Origin: Porphyridium purpureum
Taxonomy: Eukaryota
DNA length: 64,000 bases
Direction of reading: 5' to 3'
Assembly (NCBI GenBank): GCA_008690995.1
Contig: VRMN01000019.1
Location: 124,001-188,000 of the forward strand
The notes under the pieces are model-generated. The model made no database searches. It was not told where the DNA came from and saw only the letters and a list, made by a program, of their open reading frames with translations. The translations under genes and the position numbers were made by a program. Shown piece after piece: positions 35,245 to 47,785 of the stretch (position 1 is its first letter; each line of letters starts with the position of its first letter).

Positions 35245-36463
35245 CGTCTTTGGTCCTAATGCACGCTATACATTAGGCAGCCAATCCAGATGGACTCTTT
35301 GTTGACTCGCTCCTCACACTCTGCCTTTTGCATGCGCTTTAACCTCCAAAAGGACATGGCGCTGACGACAACTTACTGGGAAATATAATGCAGAAATGTC
35401 CGCGAATAAGCTGCGACTTCATGGAATACCCTTGGAAGGAAACGTCTGGCAAGACTCGGGAAGCCTGCTTTCTCACTGAGACGGTTGCATATTTTGTGAA
35501 GATGCTGGAAAAGGGTAACGTGGGGCTTGTAGGTGAATCCTTTCGTCCTTCAAGTTGGAAAGCATGGCTTGCAAGGACGCCAAAAAGGGCAGAACAACAA
35601 ATCTTGAAGCTAAGTGACAGACGGTCGTCGTCGACCGGTGATCTCAGGTACTTTGCTGGGTTGGCAATATAATTTCAGAAACGCTAGCTGACCAGCCTTC
35701 TGGTTCTCGTCCACTAGTGAACGTTATGTGGCATTTGTGTACGTGAGTCGCTCTACCAGGGGCGCAACGTAGCCTGTATTGAGCCGTGCTGAATATCGGC
35801 CATCTGACGTTTGACAGTGAGACTGGTACGGTGTATTCAGTCATCTAGCAAATCAACACGTCAAGGCTTTGCCGCCCGCAAATGGGCTCAACCCCTGGAC
35901 GCCTCGTCAAGTGTCGCTGTGATCTGCCCACATCATACGGAATTGGTCAACGCGCGTGCGAGCTCGCCGCTCTCTTGTGCACGCCGAATAGCGTAGGCGT
36001 TTTGATATGACCCTGTGCCCCGCGCTTGCGTCCAAAGTGAGCGCGGGAGTCGCGTGATTGAACGCACTCCCAAGCTCGACGCGAGCAGACCGCCCGCAGC
36101 CAGCAAGCAATCATCAAGTGAACGCTTTCACGGCGAGCACAAAGTTGGAAATGCTGATTTTGTCTTTTGGGTCATGGTGTTTGGAAAGCAGCAGCATCTT
36201 CATCTTCTCCAAAGCGACGCCACCGCAAAGCAGGTCGGCCGCAACGTCAGGGGTAGCGTCAATGTCAAGCCAGTGGGCTTTCAGTGCGTGGCACATGTCG
36301 CTGAACGCCGCAACCTTTTCATTCGCATGGCCGCTGTTCAAGCCAAATCCCGACTTCTTTTGAATAGTGGGCAGAGCAGCTTTGGACGGAACTGGAGTGT
36401 GTGTGACCCAAAGCTGCGATCCTTGACCTTTTCAACCAACGTCTCGCAAGATCCTACGGGCTG

Positions 36464-36900
36464 CTAGGAAAAAACGTCTGGAGATCGTGTTGGTGGGTCA
36501 TCTTTCGAGCCGCCAAGCCTGTCCAATGCATCGCAATGGTCGCTGAGTTCTTCGTCGTTGCTGCAATCGGCATTCTGGGAGGCCCGAGAACCGCAGTGCA
36601 GGTCTTTGGTGATCAAACTTGAGCCCGTCCGGTTGACCTCGCGAGTAAAGACAACACTGCCATCGGGCGAGAACTGCGCTGCGCATATTTTAATGGCGTG
36701 CCGCTTCGTCGTGCGCACGCAGTCACCCATATGCAACCCCCAAACTTTAACTCTCCTGTCATTGCTGGCCGACGCGATAAACATGCCATCGATTGCGTAG
36801 TGCACCGCCCACTCCACGCCAGAATGTTCCTACATTGTAGGCACGGACGTACCCGTCTGCCATTCCAAAACTCTACCCATTTTGTTTTTTCCGGTGGTCA
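36464..36900 (-). pseudogene. Decayed WD40-repeat fragment
   Basis: DGMFIASASNDRRVKVW and AQFSPDG; in-frame TAG at 36830-36832. Confidence 0.55.
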
Positions 36901-37130
36901 GACACGCAGAATGTATCATCAGGGCGAGCAGTCCAATAGCCGTAACAACAAATAAACCCGCGTCATGGTGCCCGCGCATGCACCAGTGCGTGGATCCTGT
37001 CCACTTTTCGCCATCTTCACCGGCAACGACTCCCAAGAGTCTGGACTTACATGTACCGGTTTCATCTGATCTGAGTGTGAGCACAAGACTCCTGCAGCTG
37101 CGGTTGCGGCTCCTGCGTCGACCTCTTTCC

Positions 37131-38144
37131 TCATTCTCGCCACTTTTCGAGGCGTCTTTCTGCTTGATACGCTGCACGATCGCGCGTCCAGCCGATCTGT
37201 TCCTTGAGCGCTTTAAACTCGTCGGCGTTGGCTTTCATGAATTCAGGAAAGGACAGCTGGCGAATTTTTTTGCGCACATCTCCATCGATCACGCCCGCAT
37301 GTACCACGTGTTCCAAGTAAAGGGCAATCCACGGGAGTGTTTCGTCCTTATCAAACTTGAGTCCGGCGGAAACATTGTCCGCGTTAGCTTTCGTACTCAA
37401 GGTCAGAGCGTGTTCGGCAGTCGCCGGGGACATCCTGTCTGATTTCAACTGTCGCACTTGAATCAGATTCTCCGGATGCAGGCGCAGCTTGCCGATGTCA
37501 TCATCCAGAACCGCAGTGTTTGTCGCGCCGTAATCACAATCTGCAGTCCCCCATATCTTTGTCAAGTCCTTGACGAAGGGCCGCCTCTTCTTGCCCAGAG
37601 GATCCGGTACGCACTCTTCTCCGCTAAAGGAAAAGAAAAGCTGGTCTCGATGTGGGTGCGTTTTGCACGCTGGCCTCGGTGGTGATTTTGGCGGCGCTTG
37701 TCCGCTATGCTCGCTACCCTCTGCAGAAATGCCTGGCTGCTTTGTGTGCTCGCGCACTTTCTCAATCAGCTTCAAACCGGGAGCGCTGCTTCGTATTCGG
37801 AGGCACGCGGCTGCTTGAAGTCCGCGTCCAAAAACTTTCTCCACAGGAATGGTCACGTGCTTCCGCAGCAGTATTGACCACTGGCCGACCGTGTGTCGTC
37901 GGAAAAGGTAATCGACAAACTCGTCCACGAACGGACGCAGCCAGTATTGGCGGGACTTGAACCAGAAGTCGGGTCCACGCATGGGAGCATGCGGCCGCAG
38001 CTTCGGATCGATTCTGCAGTATCGCAGCAAAGCCTTCACGTCCAGAATCACAAGCAGTTCACTTTTCACTGGTCGCGGTGCTCCCGCCGGCACGCGGTTC
38101 AAGTGCTTGACCAGCGGTTCCAAAGCCACCTTGCGTGCGCCCAT
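37131..38144 (-). CDS. FCP1/NIF-like HAD-fold protein with degenerate catalytic motif
   Basis: LLVILD, LRPFVDEFVDYL, WS, VKDLTKIW, NTAVLDD..K; first ATG at 38144. Confidence 0.72.
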   Translation of the reverse strand: MGARKVALEPLVKHLNRVPAGAPRPVKSELLVILDVKALLRYCRIDPKLRPHAPMRGPDFWFKSRQYWLRPFVDEFVDYLFRRHTVGQWSILLRKHVTIPVEKVFGRGLQAAACLRIRSSAPGLKLIEKVREHTKQPGISAEGSEHSGQAPPKSPPRPACKTHPHRDQLFFSFSGEECVPDPLGKKRRPFVKDLTKIWGTADCDYGATNTAVLDDDIGKLRLHPENLIQVRQLKSDRMSPATAEHALTLSTKANADNVSAGLKFDKDETLPWIALYLEHVVHAGVIDGDVRKKIRQLSFPEFMKANADEFKALKEQIGWTRDRAAYQAERRLEKWRE

Positions 38145-40429
38145 CTCGTCACAAGCGCGTTCGCGCAGCAGCTCCACGATGCTGCACGAGCTTGAACGCG
38201 GCGCGCAGTGGCTCGACTGCCAGATCGTCGTGGCGCCGAGCGCTTGTGAAGCACAGCAGCTCTGGTGGGGTTGTCGACCTCGTCGAGCACGTTACGGCCC
38301 CTGGCAGCGACGACGAGTCGATTCCGCTGCGTTCACATCAAGTGCGCCGCTGTTCGTGGCTGGATGGGCATGTCCAGCCGAGCTGCTGTATGGCGGAGCT
38401 GCCGCAAACAGACTTAGCTTGTCAACCGACGGGCTTCACAAGGCGCTGACGCGGCAAGCCCGAGCGATGCGGCGTGGCGCTGGCGCAAGGCGCGTACCAG
38501 GATGTTCGAAGAGGTGAAGGTGACATTGGAATGACGCATAGACAGCCGTTAAAGGCTAGCGCGCGACGTGATTGCTACGCGGCGGAAGGGCGTCGAGTCA
38601 AGGAGTCGTGATGAGGTTTTCTTTTCCCGTCGGACTTGAGCGCGGACTTGTTGCACGCTTTAATGAAAGATGGCGGGGCAGCCAGGCTACTGAGCTAGCG
38701 ACCCGAGCTAAATGCAGATATTGTCGCCTTGTCCAAGGCCACTGTCGTGCGGACTCAAGCAGAGCGTGACGGTAACGCGTTCACAAGAGTTCCGCAACAG
38801 GCGTCGACAACGTGCAGGCGCCGGGTGTGATTTCGGTGATTGGAACTATTGAAATGGACGAGACAGCGATCGTTGGCAAGCACGCCCTGACGGACTACTG
38901 GCGGCTTGCGATACATTTTGTGCAAGTCGTGTCGATTAGCTTTCCGAGTGGGCGACGCGAGCAGATGCCGTCGCTGTATTGCCAAAAAAGAACCAAAAGA
39001 CACGAAGCACTGTCAAACTAGAAGCAGTGAAGCGCGCGAGTGACGAAGCGTGCCACGTTCTGATTCTGGTTGTCGACAAATTCGGCCGTTCGCACATTCA
39101 CGTGGATCCGGCCGATGGAAAAACACGGTACGGTTTTTGCGTGGATGAAGAAGGTACATCCGTGCGAGGCTGACCCCAATGAACTTTTGCTGGTGGCGGA
39201 TGCAAGCTTTCAGCACAATGCCATCGTGCATGCGCGCACTTGGAGCCACGTGATGGGTGTCTTTTGGCACTTGGTCATCAAATCGGACATTCCGGCAAGA
39301 GCAGACTCCTTTGATAAGGCAGTGGACAAATGTTGACGTGTCGGAGAGGACCGGGCGGAAAGATGATAGAGCTGGAAAAAAGTGACCCGATTCTCCATAT
39401 GGCGCTATTCGACGAAGAGGTGAATGGGTAGCGTGCCTTTCACGCGGTTGTCATGTAGGTCGGTGTTGCTGATTGTTCCTGGAGTCATTTGATTTTCGTT
39501 ACTGTCTAAGGCGATGTCGCAAAGCGGTTATCTCTGAAAAAGGAGAATGCTTCGAAAGTGTCGGTTGCTCATTCACAGCTCGACACGACGTTCATGACGT
39601 CGGGCACACGTTGTAGCACGCCTGGTGCGACATGCGGCTTACGTGTGCTGAATTCAGTCCTCGAGACACCCAACACATGAACGCATCGCAAAAAGCAAGC
39701 CTGTACGATCAGGCGACGTCCCATCTCGCGGCACCGGGATGAGCGCACGTCATGCACCCTCGCACTCGATCGGCGAACTCCCGCAGCGCACGTGCCGACT
39801 TCTGCAGAAACGGAGATACTTGAAGGTGAAAGGCGGAGAACCCGAACAAAGACGTGACGGGATGCAAGAACGCGGTCATCGCACAAGCACCTTCACGGCG
39901 AGCGCACGTTTGGCATGACCAATCCAGACGCTTCGGTCACAGTCTCGGGACTACATAACTATCTTGAGCTCCTTAAAAGCTTCTTGATTACTCAGCATAT
40001 CCGATGGGAACGCAAACATTTTCTCAATGTCAATTTGCTTGCCTATCCCAACAAGGCGATTCTCGTTGAACTTTGTAATCAGTTCATCTACGCTCGCGCA
40101 GCTTGATGAGCCATCCCACGTTCTTGGCACGGGCGGCCGCACGGAACCTGTCACGGGTCGTGCCTACTACCCAATGCTAAAGTCTTCAATGTCTGCCCCG
40201 TGAGTATCGGGTTATCAAACCGAGCGAGGTACCGATGTTGATCATGACGAGCTTCGAACTGCCGTCGGAAGTTCAGTGTTCTATCTTCGGTGCTCAAGCC
40301 TTGCTTGTTAGCCGTCGTCGCTTATGTGCTCGATTCATCGTCCTACATGTCGAAGAAATGAGGCTCGCATTCTAGGTCTCAGGTGATCCCGAATTTGATG
40401 CTCGTATCCTGGTTTTCAAGCACACCAGA

Positions 40430-40560
40430 CCTGTCATGCGGCGAGAAATGCACGACCCAGATCCAATGCATGTCTTTTTCCGTCGTGCGTGCACCCGTTC
40501 TAGCATCTCACAATGAGGCAGTCTTGTCCTGGCTGGCCACCACTACTATATTTATACCCG
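40430..40560 (-). pseudogene. Decayed WD40-repeat fragment
   Basis: Translates VVVASQDKTASL*DARTG...HWIWVVHFSP; the Trp of the WD is a TGA. Confidence 0.5.
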
Positions 40561-41744
40561 AGGCTCTGGCATGCCATGTGAATGTCCACACGCACTTGGA
40601 CAACCACAAGCAGGCGGGAACGCGGCTCCTTAATGATCAAATGCCGGAAAATAAAATCGGAGGCTACGGACTAGGCCTGAAGCTTTCGTGGCTCCTGGGT
40701 TTCAATCCAAAAACCACTACACATGCAACACACATGTTCACAAACATCGTAATAGATTGGTCGCCGATGCAACATCAAAACGCAGGTGTTCTACTGTAAA
40801 AGACCCGCTGCGACTTCGACACGAAATGGCAGACATGCAGGTGGTCACGGGAGCCGCGAAGCGCGCGGATTTCCTGCGCGCACAAGCGCGACATAAAAAC
40901 TGAGTGCGCCGCGTAGACCACAGCTTTTCTGTAGCAGAAGGATTCCGACATTATGAAAAGCAAAGCAATACTGAATTCGTTCTTTTCGTCAAGTCATACG
41001 TGATATCTTGGATGTCGTCGAAAAGCTGCTCGTTGTCCACCATGGTACCAAATATCGCAGACCTTTCCGCGCCATGATGACAAGAGCTCTCTGTAGCAGC
41101 AAAAGAAAGTAGCGGTGGCCATGATGCACAGACAAGCGCGCACATGTCGCAGGTGGCGGGTCATGGCCGACAGTCTCAACAAGCACGAGCCTATGTTCTC
41201 CATGCTTCCCGAACGCACAGAATCAAACGTGCGGAATGCATATTCATGTCTCAACATTTCTGTCAGTATGATCCCGGCAAAGTCGGTGCATCAATGGGTG
41301 TCTTCTCAAAGTCGGCGTACGAGTGCCGGAAACACGCAGGTGTTCAATACTCTGAGAACATGTGCATTCCATTGCCCTTGGTCAAGGACCTCACGCAACT
41401 GCATTCCTACACCGAGAAGATTAGGCTTGTAGACTGCAGAGCGCAACTCCTTTCGCTCGCGCACGCCAGCATGCGTATCTTTACTGAACAGGTACTTTGA
41501 AGTGTGATGTATAAAAGTCGTACAATACGCCAAGTCAGAACCCTTCGCAATGGATTCCAGACGTCGTGTCTTCTTCCTCGTGGTCATGACATACCTGTGC
41601 CTGCTGCAGTTCATACAGACGCTGCTTCCATGGCTGCCTAGGCGAAAGTCATGTCACGAAAGAGAGATGATCCGCTGATCATCAAGAAGAACGAAGAAAG
41701 GCTGCGACCACGCAATTCACCCAGCGCAGAGTTCGAGTACATTC

Positions 41745-43373
41745 CTACAGCCCGTACATGCCAGCGTTAGGGGCGTACTGCATCGCCCGGACGTTCGGAT
41801 GTGGCACAGCGGTAAACTGCTTGATGTCGGGTTTCATATCTGCTCTGAACCGGATGTACGCGCCCTTATTCCCCATTTGGTCAACATAGTTGGGCGCGGA
41901 GAAGACGGTTATGAGGCGCCCGTCCGCCTCGATTTCATACCCTTCATCCTTCATCTCGTGGCTGCGCACAATCAGCGCAATATTGTTTGCGTCACACCAT
42001 GCATGCGTGACGTCTGGACCAAAAGCAACGCCAATGCCGCGCTTGGATACACCGCGGCCGGGCTCCGTTTGCGGATCGGACCACAGCATCTCAGCAATCA
42101 GGCCACTGTCCGGCTCGCAGTTGCGATTGAGTGCCTGGATGTGCTCAATCAGCACGTCGTCCTTGCTGAAGAGGCCGCCGTGCACAACAAAGGCACGCTT
42201 GCCACCAGGCTCTGAGCTGCCATCCAGAATGTACGCGAGAGGCAGCGCGCGAAAGACCTCGGAAAAGAGACGGAAGCATGTCTCAGTGTACTTGGAACGC
42301 ACTTCTCCTTCAAAGCCGTAGATCTTGTTCATGCCCGTACTCTCGTGGTTACCACGAGTGAGGTGCATGCAGTCGGGCTCATGCAGCTTGTACGCAAACA
42401 GTGTCAAAATCACCTCGACACTGAAAGAACCGCGATCCACAAAGTCGCCATTGAAAACATACGGATTGGACTTGGACGGCGCGCCGTTGCGCCGGAATAT
42501 TTCAAGCAGGTCGTAGAATTGCCCATGCGTATCGCCGCACACTGTGATCTCATTGTCGCCAGTCACGGGGACGGTGACCACATTGGGTAGCTCTTTGAGC
42601 ATGGTCTCGATTTGCAGCAGCATCTGGAGTGCGTATCGGATGTGCAGCTTTTTCTGTGCCTTGAACGTTTCAATAAGCTGCTCCACAAACGCAGCGGACG
42701 CGACTGGCATACCGGCCTCGTCCTCCTCGAGCCTGGGACCAGTGTACGAGTCGTCCACCGTGTACGTGCTCAAATCAATGGTTTTCGCAACGCCCACCAG
42801 AATATCGTCCGCGTCGATCGCCTTGGCGAACGCCGCCTCGCGCACGCGCTTCTCGCAGTCTTTCATCTTGGCCATATTGTCCTTGTCGTTGTGCAGCTTT
42901 GCGACGACTCGAAAATCTGCGAGCGCCTCCTTGTACCTTCCGATCGCGTACTTGGCGCTACCGCGGCGGTAGTATGCTTTGATGAACGTCGGATCCATTT
43001 CTATGGCGCGCGACGCATCCTCGATCGCCCAGCCATACTCTTCGAGCTTGAGCCGCGTGATCGCGCGGTTCGACAGCAGCTGCACCTGCAGTGCGCTCAG
43101 CTCTTTCCGCCCCGGTGCATCGGCCTTGGCGTTTGCCTCGGTGTTTACGTCCGCGGGCTTGCTACCGTCCGCCATCTCGACGTCGTTCCCGTTCGTCTTG
43201 GCTGCGCTTTCGACATCCTTTTTGGCGTGCTGCTGGCCAGATGCCTCTTCAATCAATGTCAGTGCGCTTGTGTACAAGTCATTCGCCTCGTGATACTTTT
43301 TCGCACCAAATGCCGCATTTGCCTGTGCCTTGACCGCATTCACGGCCAGAATCGCATCGTCTGGTTCCCCCAT
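41745..43373 (-). CDS. PPP5C: Serine/threonine protein phosphatase 5 (TPR + PPP domain)
   Basis: TPRs (KAQANAAF, SNRA, KAYYRRG), then GDTHGQ, GDFVDRG, RGNHE, HGGL and SAPNY; likely ATG at 43373. Confidence 0.95.
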   Translation of the reverse strand: MGEPDDAILAVNAVKAQANAAFGAKKYHEANDLYTSALTLIEEASGQQHAKKDVESAAKTNGNDVEMADGSKPADVNTEANAKADAPGRKELSALQVQLLSNRAITRLKLEEYGWAIEDASRAIEMDPTFIKAYYRRGSAKYAIGRYKEALADFRVVAKLHNDKDNMAKMKDCEKRVREAAFAKAIDADDILVGVAKTIDLSTYTVDDSYTGPRLEEDEAGMPVASAAFVEQLIETFKAQKKLHIRYALQMLLQIETMLKELPNVVTVPVTGDNEITVCGDTHGQFYDLLEIFRRNGAPSKSNPYVFNGDFVDRGSFSVEVILTLFAYKLHEPDCMHLTRGNHESTGMNKIYGFEGEVRSKYTETCFRLFSEVFRALPLAYILDGSSEPGGKRAFVVHGGLFSKDDVLIEHIQALNRNCEPDSGLIAEMLWSDPQTEPGRGVSKRGIGVAFGPDVTHAWCDANNIALIVRSHEMKDEGYEIEADGRLITVFSAPNYVDQMGNKGAYIRFRADMKPDIKQFTAVPHPNVRAMQYAPNAGMYGL

Positions 43374-44461
43374 ACCTTGTTCGCGTCGCTTCCGGCGAGC
43401 GCACACGGTCAACACCACCCGAACAGCCCAACCGTGAACCGATTCAACGTAGGCGATAAACAGCCAGACAGCCAGACGGACAGACAGACACCACAAGCCC
43501 ACGCACAACCACGCACGCAGAACCACGCACGCAGACAGCTTCCCACTCGCACCGTACAACCACAACGCACGCAAAGCACCCGACCTGTCTACCCCCGCCG
43601 CTCTCGACCGAGATTTTTGGACTTGGACAATAATAGAAACACGTAAACAGATGAGATTAGAGGCCGACGCGGAGGCCGGAGACAGACGTGAGCCGATTCA
43701 ACCTTTGCTTCTTCCTCTTTCTCCCTCTCTTTCCCCCTCTCTCCCTCTTTCTCCCTCTTCGCCGCCGCGCGCGCAAACCGCGGCAGAACTGTACTTACTA
43801 CTGTACTTCTTACTGAAACTTCTGCTGAACCTCTCCGATGGCGTGGGGGTACACGATCGAGCACATCTCTATGTAAACGCGCCGTTTTAGTAGTGCGTGC
43901 CTTCATGGGGCTTTTTTCCCGGTTACACCGCCTGGAATCGCGCGCTGCGGCCTGGTTTTGGTGCGATTTGAGCGGCGTTTTCTGAAATTCGGACGGAACC
44001 GCGCAAATGCGCTGAAAATGTACGTGGAAATCGGGCAAATGTATGCAGGAAATGGCGGAAAGTGGCGCACGTCGACGGAATTCTACAAAACGCGCCGCAC
44101 GCGTGTGCTGGCGGGAGTGAGAGAAGAGAGAGCGACAGATGATGAGAGGAGATGGATGCCTGGTGTGAAGGTCTTGTGGACGTGTGATGGTGGGACGTGG
44201 TCGCTGTTCTGATTCGACCAGGTGCGCGCCGCGATAGTACGGCTTCGCACGTCTGCACGGACGCCAGACAGCAAGGTTGTGGCAGACGCTCTCGACGTGT
44301 TTTCAGGGTCTATCTGTCAAGTGCTTCTGGCGTGTGTGGCAGCCCAGAGACGACGCAGACAACGCGTGTCATCTGGATGGTTCAATAGTATTCGTCTGCC
44401 TGTGTTTCTGTCCTCATTTTCCAATCACGCATCGCCTGTGCTGCACTGGGGAGGGGAGATC

Positions 44462-45643
44462 ATGTCTGTGCCGGGGAAGCGCGCGGTCGAGTTTGGTGCG
44501 GCTGATGTAGATACCGGTGGTGGTGGCACTGAGCGTCAAGGTGAAGGCCTGGAAACTGGAGATGCACAGCGCGCTGCTCCTGTATCCGCGTCGGTGTTTG
44601 TGGGGAATTTGGATCCGCGCGTGTGCAGCGAGTTGCTGTTTCGTGTTTGCGAGCTGGTTGCGCCCGTCAAGGCGTGCAAAGTGGTTGCTGGGGGCGGGGC
44701 CGACGCATCTGCCTCTGCCTCGACAAAGACGTACGGCTTTGTGGATTTTTTCAAGCCAGAAGACGCGGAGGATGCGATCGCGCTGCTTGCGGGCAAGCGA
44801 TTATGTGGTCGCGACATCCGGCTCGATTCTGCGCGCGCGGGCGGAGCAAGTGGAGCTGCCGTGTCGGGTAACGCCAACGCATCGGCCTCGTTCGCGATGA
44901 ATGAGGCGCCTGCTCAGCCAGTGCCATCACCATCATACGTGCCGCCATTGCCGCCGCCTCCGCCGTCGCTCGGCGGTGTGCCGTCGGTCTTTGTGGGGAA
45001 TCTCAGCGAGCAAGTGAACGAGCGCATGCTTGCCAGCGCCTTTGCCACGTGCGGCACCGTTCGAGAGGCCAAGTTGTTTCGAGACCGCGCCAACGTACAC
45101 GGTGCGAGCAACGAAACACGGCCGCATGCAGGGTTTGGCTTTGTGACGTTTGAAACCATGGAGCAGGCCGAAACTGCGCTGCGCACCATGAACGGCGCGG
45201 AGCTTGCGCAGCGCCAGATTCGTGTGAACTGGGGTAAGGGGAAGATGAAGGGCGAATCGCGCGCTGCACCAAGCGCGGCAGCGCCGAATGCCTCAGCCAG
45301 CAGCCTTGGCGGTAGCACTCCGTCCCCGTTTGAGTCTGTCGCGGCAGTAAGTCGCGTGTCGCCAGGCAACACGACGATGTATATCCGAGGCTTGGATCCG
45401 CGAGTATCCGAGTCTGACCTGCGCAGCGAGCTGTGTGCGTTTGGGCGCGTGACGGGTGTGCGTGTGCCTGCGAGCTCGCGGCGCATGGAGTTTGCCATCG
45501 CGTTTGTGGAGTTTGGGCAGCACGAACATGCGGCGGCAGCTATTTTTCACTTTTCGACCCATCCGCTTTGCGGAAGCCATCGCGTGTCGTGCAATTGGGG
45601 CCGAGGCGCCGGCCAAAGCCCTCCCGCCCCACACGGGCGGTGA
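44462..45643 (+). CDS. Three-RRM RNA-binding protein, TIA-1/Pub1/UBP1-like
   Basis: VFVGNL/YGFVDF, VFVGNL/GFGFVTF..IRVNW, MYIRGL/AFVEF..CNWG. Confidence 0.8.
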   Translation: MSVPGKRAVEFGAADVDTGGGGTERQGEGLETGDAQRAAPVSASVFVGNLDPRVCSELLFRVCELVAPVKACKVVAGGGADASASASTKTYGFVDFFKPEDAEDAIALLAGKRLCGRDIRLDSARAGGASGAAVSGNANASASFAMNEAPAQPVPSPSYVPPLPPPPPSLGGVPSVFVGNLSEQVNERMLASAFATCGTVREAKLFRDRANVHGASNETRPHAGFGFVTFETMEQAETALRTMNGAELAQRQIRVNWGKGKMKGESRAAPSAAAPNASASSLGGSTPSPFESVAAVSRVSPGNTTMYIRGLDPRVSESDLRSELCAFGRVTGVRVPASSRRMEFAIAFVEFGQHEHAAAAIFHFSTHPLCGSHRVSCNWGRGAGQSPPAPHGR

Positions 45644-46536
45644 TAGTTGCACAGATGCCACGCGTACACACAATGATGATGGCAAGCGACAATTCCGCTT
45701 CTTCGCGTGGAAACCTGGACACTTCAAACGATCTGTGTCGAACAAGCCGAACCCGCTTTTCGCCGCAGTCGATTGCACTTGCTTTTCAAACGACTGGTGC
45801 AGATGGATCTTGGATTCTGTGCGGCACCACGGGTTATGCCCATGCGACTGCGGGCGTGTTTATACCAAGCGCAGCCACCCAACATGCGGATAACACGCAG
45901 AGCGCGAGCCGAGCTGAGAAGCGCAGCGCAGCGCTGCGCTCACCCGCGCTATCAAAACACGCCATGCGCATAGGAACTGCAGGACGTCTATCAAAACAAC
46001 GCATTCTACTAGTCTCTTTATTTCTTGTGTTCAGTTCGGGCACTGTACCTCACCGCTTTCTGAACGAATTTCCGCCCGCGGCATCAAAAACCACCGAACC
46101 AAACCCGCCCCCCCAGCTACATTCAGTCCCAAAATCAGAACACGAGCCGAGCCATACCAACGCTGCAGCGCTCACACGCGCATCGCACGTGTCTGCGCGT
46201 GTCTGCGCGTGTCTGCCACTGCTCCGTGCCAGACAGGATCCCGTCTTCTTTGTCTACTCGCGTCGGTCGAGTCCGCCACGCCGCCAACGTGCCGCGTCCG
46301 TGTGCGCGGATTTTCGTTATCGGTTCGGTTCATGTGGCGCGCGCATATTCGAAACCGGAAAGTACAGCTGCAGATCTCCGCTGTACTTCATCTGTTCCTA
46401 GTAAAAACGCGTTGTTTTAGTAGAAACGGCCGGTTGGTGCGGTGGCGACTTGTGCGCGGGTGCCGAGATTTTGTGTGGAAGATGTGAGAGAGAGGAAGAG
46501 GAGAGGAGGGAGAAGAGAAGGAGAAAGAGATAGAGG

Positions 46537-47187
46537 ATGTGTGCGTTTGTGGGATCGTCTGGTGTAGGAGCGCGCGCATCAGCACAGTACGCACTTGGTC
46601 GCGCAGGACTGCGCTGCGTGGGTGGAGCGTCGGCGACTGCGGTTGCAGCGCGCGGGAAGCGGAGCGCGCGTGCGGCGACGTCGGTGGCTCGCGCGAACGC
46701 CGCGGCGATCAGGATGGCCTCGCTGGCAGATGTCAAGGGTATGAGCGATCTGGACGGAAATCCAGTCGATTTCGCATCGCTCAATGGGAAGGTCGTGCTC
46801 GCAATGAACGTGGCCTGCGCGTGCGGGTACACCAAGAGCGGCTACAGCATGGTGTCGAGCATTGCGAGCAAGTTGGGCGACAAGGTCCGCGTCGTGTGCT
46901 TCCCGTCAAACGACTTTGGCGCGCAGGAGCCGGGGTCGCCAGAGGAAATCAAGTCGTTCGTGTCGTCCAAGTTCAACAGCCCAGACCTTTTGCTGATGGA
47001 AAAGTCGCACGTGAAGGGCTCGCAGGCCAACCCGGTGTTCAAGCTTGCCAAGGAAGCGGGGCTGGGCGAGCCCAAGTGGAACTTTGACGGCAAGTTTGTG
47101 TTCGACAAGACGGGTAAGCCCGTGGTGCGCCTGGACAATTCGGCCACCGAGTCGGACATCCTGGCCGCGGTGCAGAAGTACTTGTGA
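46537..47187 (+). CDS. GPX: Cys-type glutathione peroxidase family protein, probably plastid-targeted
   Basis: GKVVLAMNVACACG, FPSNDFGAQEPG and KWNF; N-terminal MCAFV... Ala/Arg/Ser-rich extension. Confidence 0.9.
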   Translation: MCAFVGSSGVGARASAQYALGRAGLRCVGGASATAVAARGKRSARAATSVARANAAAIRMASLADVKGMSDLDGNPVDFASLNGKVVLAMNVACACGYTKSGYSMVSSIASKLGDKVRVVCFPSNDFGAQEPGSPEEIKSFVSSKFNSPDLLLMEKSHVKGSQANPVFKLAKEAGLGEPKWNFDGKFVFDKTGKPVVRLDNSATESDILAAVQKYL

Positions 47188-47785
47188 GCGCCTAGTTCGC
47201 TGCGAGCGCTCTCCTCTCTGTGACGGCCAGTCGAGCTCGAGTGTGCTGTTCTGGGCACACCAGGGTTCTTTGGTGTAAAGGTGACGTGAAAGCACATTAG
47301 CCACCTGCACTTGGCGTGCGTCACGAAGCCTGGTAGAGAAAGTAAAACTCGATAGTAGCCACTGTTTCGACGAGGCCGCAAGCGGCTCGTCTCTTACTCT
47401 GAGCAATCACTGTTCTCTCGACGAGAAAGCGTTTTCGGACACGACGCGTGGCTGTAAAAACGTGACGGTCAGCCAGTTGCCAGAGGTACCTGACGGTTCT
47501 TTACCATGCCATCCTTTCCTGGATTCATCCGCAGTTGCGCACGCATCGCAACGTGCTTCACATCACCTCAGTGAATGACATGAGCCGCACCACGCGGCGC
47601 ACCGCACCCCACACTCCTACACATCCCACTCGCCCACATCCATACATCCCGCTGCGCACATCCACCAGCTGCGCGCTCCCGCCACGCATAACGCACGCTC
47701 CGACGCGGTACAGCGCCACACCCATAGAGTACAGCTGCTCGTTCAACTAGGGTTTCCTTCTAGGGTTCCCCCTTTCATCGATCCA

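Noticed and set aside
46537..47500. Selenoprotein GPX or SECIS element
   Set aside because: The catalytic position is TGC (Cys); there is no in-frame UGA.
47748..47767. Interstitial telomere
   Set aside because: Only two separated TAGGGTT units; better read as telobox-like promoter motifs.
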